Shown here in pieces: positions 33,970 through 36,842 of a stretch of DNA of 36,842 nucleotides (position 1 is the first letter of the stretch; every line of letters starts with the position of its first letter). The translations under genes and the position numbers were made by a program. The DNA is from Nemertoderma westbladi (Eukaryota; Animalia; Xenacoelomorpha), in the NCBI GenBank assembly GCA_032718475.1, contig JAUCBJ010008922.1:1-36842 (forward strand). Reading direction: 5' to 3'. The notes below the pieces were generated by a model that saw only the letters and a list, made by a program, of their open reading frames with translations, had not been told where the DNA came from and searched no databases.

Positions 33970-34784
33970 CGTGTCACTGAATTACGCCACTATATTCTGG
34001 GACATGGTGTATGTATTTTCTTTGAAAGATCCCTTCCAAAAATTCCCCTAAAAGGTAAATGAAAAAGTATTTTTTTCTATCTTGTATGTACGGGTACGCA
34101 CCGCGCAACTTAGTCCCAACTTATAACTTTCTTGAAATTTTATTCTGATTTTATATTTATTTAAACATCGAAATCCAATCAACGATTTTAAAACCGGATT
34201 TTAATAATAATAAGTAATAACTTATTATCTTGTGCGCACAACTTAGCATGTTGAATTTTAATAGGTCGAATTATCCAAAACAATATGTGGTGGCATTTTC
34301 AAAATTGTAACTGGTTTATATGAATAAGTTTACTTTTGCTATGACAGTTACTTGTTAAGAGAAAACCTCAAACTACTAATTCTAAAAGTAGATCTTTTAA
34401 AGACAAAATATAATTTCCCCGAAATAGTAAAATGATTTTTTGCTCATTGTAACCTCGAATATGCGGATAAAAAGTCGGACAAGTAATATGTTACTTTCTT
34501 TTGTAAATAAATATTTATTCTTGTCTGTTTTTATTCATTCACAAATAAATTTACAAGTTATTATTTTGATTGCCGTATATTATATCTTTACCGTTGCGGA
34601 AACCTTTTGATTTTGGTATATATAATATAGTGAGTAAACGGGAGGAAAAAAAGATACAGAGGCGATAGTTTTCATTTCCACGTGATTTCTTATTATATAC
34701 CTCCATCTGTAAGACAATTTTATATTTTAAATAAATCTATTTTTTTCAGTTTTGTTAACCTTAACCTTTGTTTAAATTTGGTCG

Positions 34785-36842
34785 TTTTGCTGTTTACGTG
34801 ATGGTGTTGGTTTGGTTATTGTATTTTTGCTGTTTACGTGATGGTGTTGGGTTGGTTATTGTATTTTTGCTGTTTACGTGATGGTGTTGGGTTGGTTATT
34901 GTATTTTTGCTGTTTACGTGATGGTGTTGGGTTGGTTATTGTATTTTTGCTGTTTACGTGATGGTGTTGGGTTGGTTATTGTATTTTTGCTGTTTACGTG
35001 ATGGTGTTGGGTTGGTTATTGTATTTTTGCTGGTTTACGTGATGGTGTTGGGTTGGTTATTGTATTTTTGCTGTTTACGTGATGGTGTTGGGTTGGTTAT
35101 TGTATTTTTGCTGTTTACGTGATGGTGTTGGGTTGGTTATTGTATTTTTGCTGTTTACGTGATGGTGTTGGGTTGGTTATTGTATTTTTGCTGTTTACGT
35201 GATGGTGTTGGGTTGGTTATTGTATTTTTGCTGTTTACGTGATGGTGTTGGGTTGGTTATTGTATTTTTGCTGTTTACGTGATGGTGTTGGGTTGGTTAT
35301 TGTATTTTTGCTGTTTACGTGATGGTGTTGGGTTGGTTATTGTATTTTTGCTGGTTTACGTGATGGTGTTGGGTTGGTTATTGTATTTTTGCTGTTTACG
35401 TGATGGTGTTGGGTTGGTTATTGTATTTTTGCTGTTTACGTGATGGTGTTGGGTTGGTTATTGTATTTTTGCTGTTTACGTGATGGTGTTGGGTTGGTTA
35501 TTGTATTTTTGCTGTTTACGTGATGGTGTTGGGTTGGTTATTGTATTTTTGCTGTTTACGTGATGGTGTTGGGTTGGTTATTGTATTTTTGCTGTTTACG
35601 TGATGGTGTTGGGTTGGTTATTGTATTTTTGCTGTTTACGTGATGGTGTTGGGTTGGTTATTGTATTTTTGCTGTTTACGTGATGGTGTTGGGTTGGTTA
35701 TTGTATTTTTGCTGTTTACGTGATGGTGTTGGGTTGGTTATTGTATTTTTGCTGTTTACGTGATGGTGTTGGGTTGGTTATTGTATTTTTGCTGTTTACG
35801 TGATGGTGTTGGGTTGGTTATTGTATTTTTGCTGTTTACGTGATGGTGTTGGGTTGGTTATTGTATTTTTGCTGTTTACGTGATGGTGTTGGGTTGGTTA
35901 TTGTATTTTTGCTGTTTACGTGATGGTGTTGGGTTGGTTATTGTATTTTTGCTGTTTACGTGATGGTGTTGGGTTGGTTATTGTATTTTTGCTGTTTACG
36001 TGATGGTGTTGGGTTGGTTATTGTATTTTTGCTGTTTACGTGATGGTGTTGGGTTGGTTATTGTATTTTTGCTGTTTACGTGATGGTGTTGGGTTGGTTA
36101 TTGTATTTTTGCTGTTTACGTGATGGTGTTGGGTTGGTTATTGTATTTTTGCTGTTTACGTGATGGTGTTGGGTTGGTTATTGTATTTTTGCTGTTTACG
36201 TGATGGTGTTGGGTTGGTTATTGTATTTTTGCTGTTTACGTGATGGTGTTGGGTTGGTTATTGTATTTTTGCTGTTTACGTGATGGTGTTGGGTTGGTTA
36301 TTGTATTTTTGCTGTTTACGTGATGGTGTTGGGTTGGTTATTGTATTTTTGCTGTTTACGTGATGGTGTTGGGTTGGTTATTGTATTTTTGCTGTTTACG
36401 TGATGGTGTTGGGTTGGTTATTGTATTTTTGCTGTTTACGTGATGGTGTTGGGTTGGTTATTGTATTTTTGCTGTTTACGTGATGGTGTTGGGTTGGTTA
36501 TTGTATTTTTGCTGTTTACGTGATGGTGTTGGGTTGGTTATTGTATTTTTGCTGTTTACGTGATGGTGTTGGGTTGGTTATTGTATTTTTGCTGTTTACG
36601 TGATGGTGTTGGGTTGGTTATTGTATTTTTGCTGTTTACGTGATGGTGTTGGGTTGGTTATTGTATTTTTGCTGTTTACGTGATGGTGTTGGGTTGGTTA
36701 TTGTATTTTTGCTGGTTTACGTGATGGTGTTGGGTTGGTTATTGTATTTTTGCTGTTTACGTGATGGTGTTGGGTTGGTTATTGTATTTTTGCTGTTTAC
36801 GTGATGGTGTTGGGTTGGTTATTGTATTTTTGCTGGTTTACG
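34785..36842. repeat. Homogeneous 40-bp G/T-rich satellite (GCTGTTTACGTGATGGTGTTGGGTTGGTTATTGTATTTTT), ~51 copies, runs off the window
   Basis: Near-identical tandem units; only occasional single-G insertions and one substitution in the first unit. Confidence 0.98.

Overview
AT-rich, repeat-dominated eukaryotic (probably invertebrate animal) DNA. The left 15.8 kb is one decayed, unusually large minus-strand BEL/Pao LTR retrotransposon. It has a ~1.1-kb 5' LTR (14688-15780), a ~1.6-kb leader and gag-PR-RT-RNaseH-IN (13059-6031). After a hairpin-dense ~1.8-kb spacer comes an extra degraded ORF of >1400 codons (4243 to beyond base 1). I can read a DEDDy 3'-5' exonuclease-like domain and three CCHC-type zinc knuckles in that ORF. 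The element has no recognisable tRNA primer-binding site. Instead the 11 nt next to the LTR are complementary to a conserved motif inside the LTR, which suggests Tf1-like self-priming. The rest of the window holds two further LTR relics, LINE fragments (Rex/Babar-like, RTE-like x2, CR1/L2-like), one intact intronless MFS transporter gene and a tRNA-like Pol III head fused to a minimal hammerhead ribozyme (26433-26546). There are also a MULE-type MITE with a 9-bp TSD, two foldbacks, a candidate 44-aa membrane microprotein and three satellites (15, 25 and 40 bp units). The last satellite runs off the right end. All domain calls are by eye, not from database searches.
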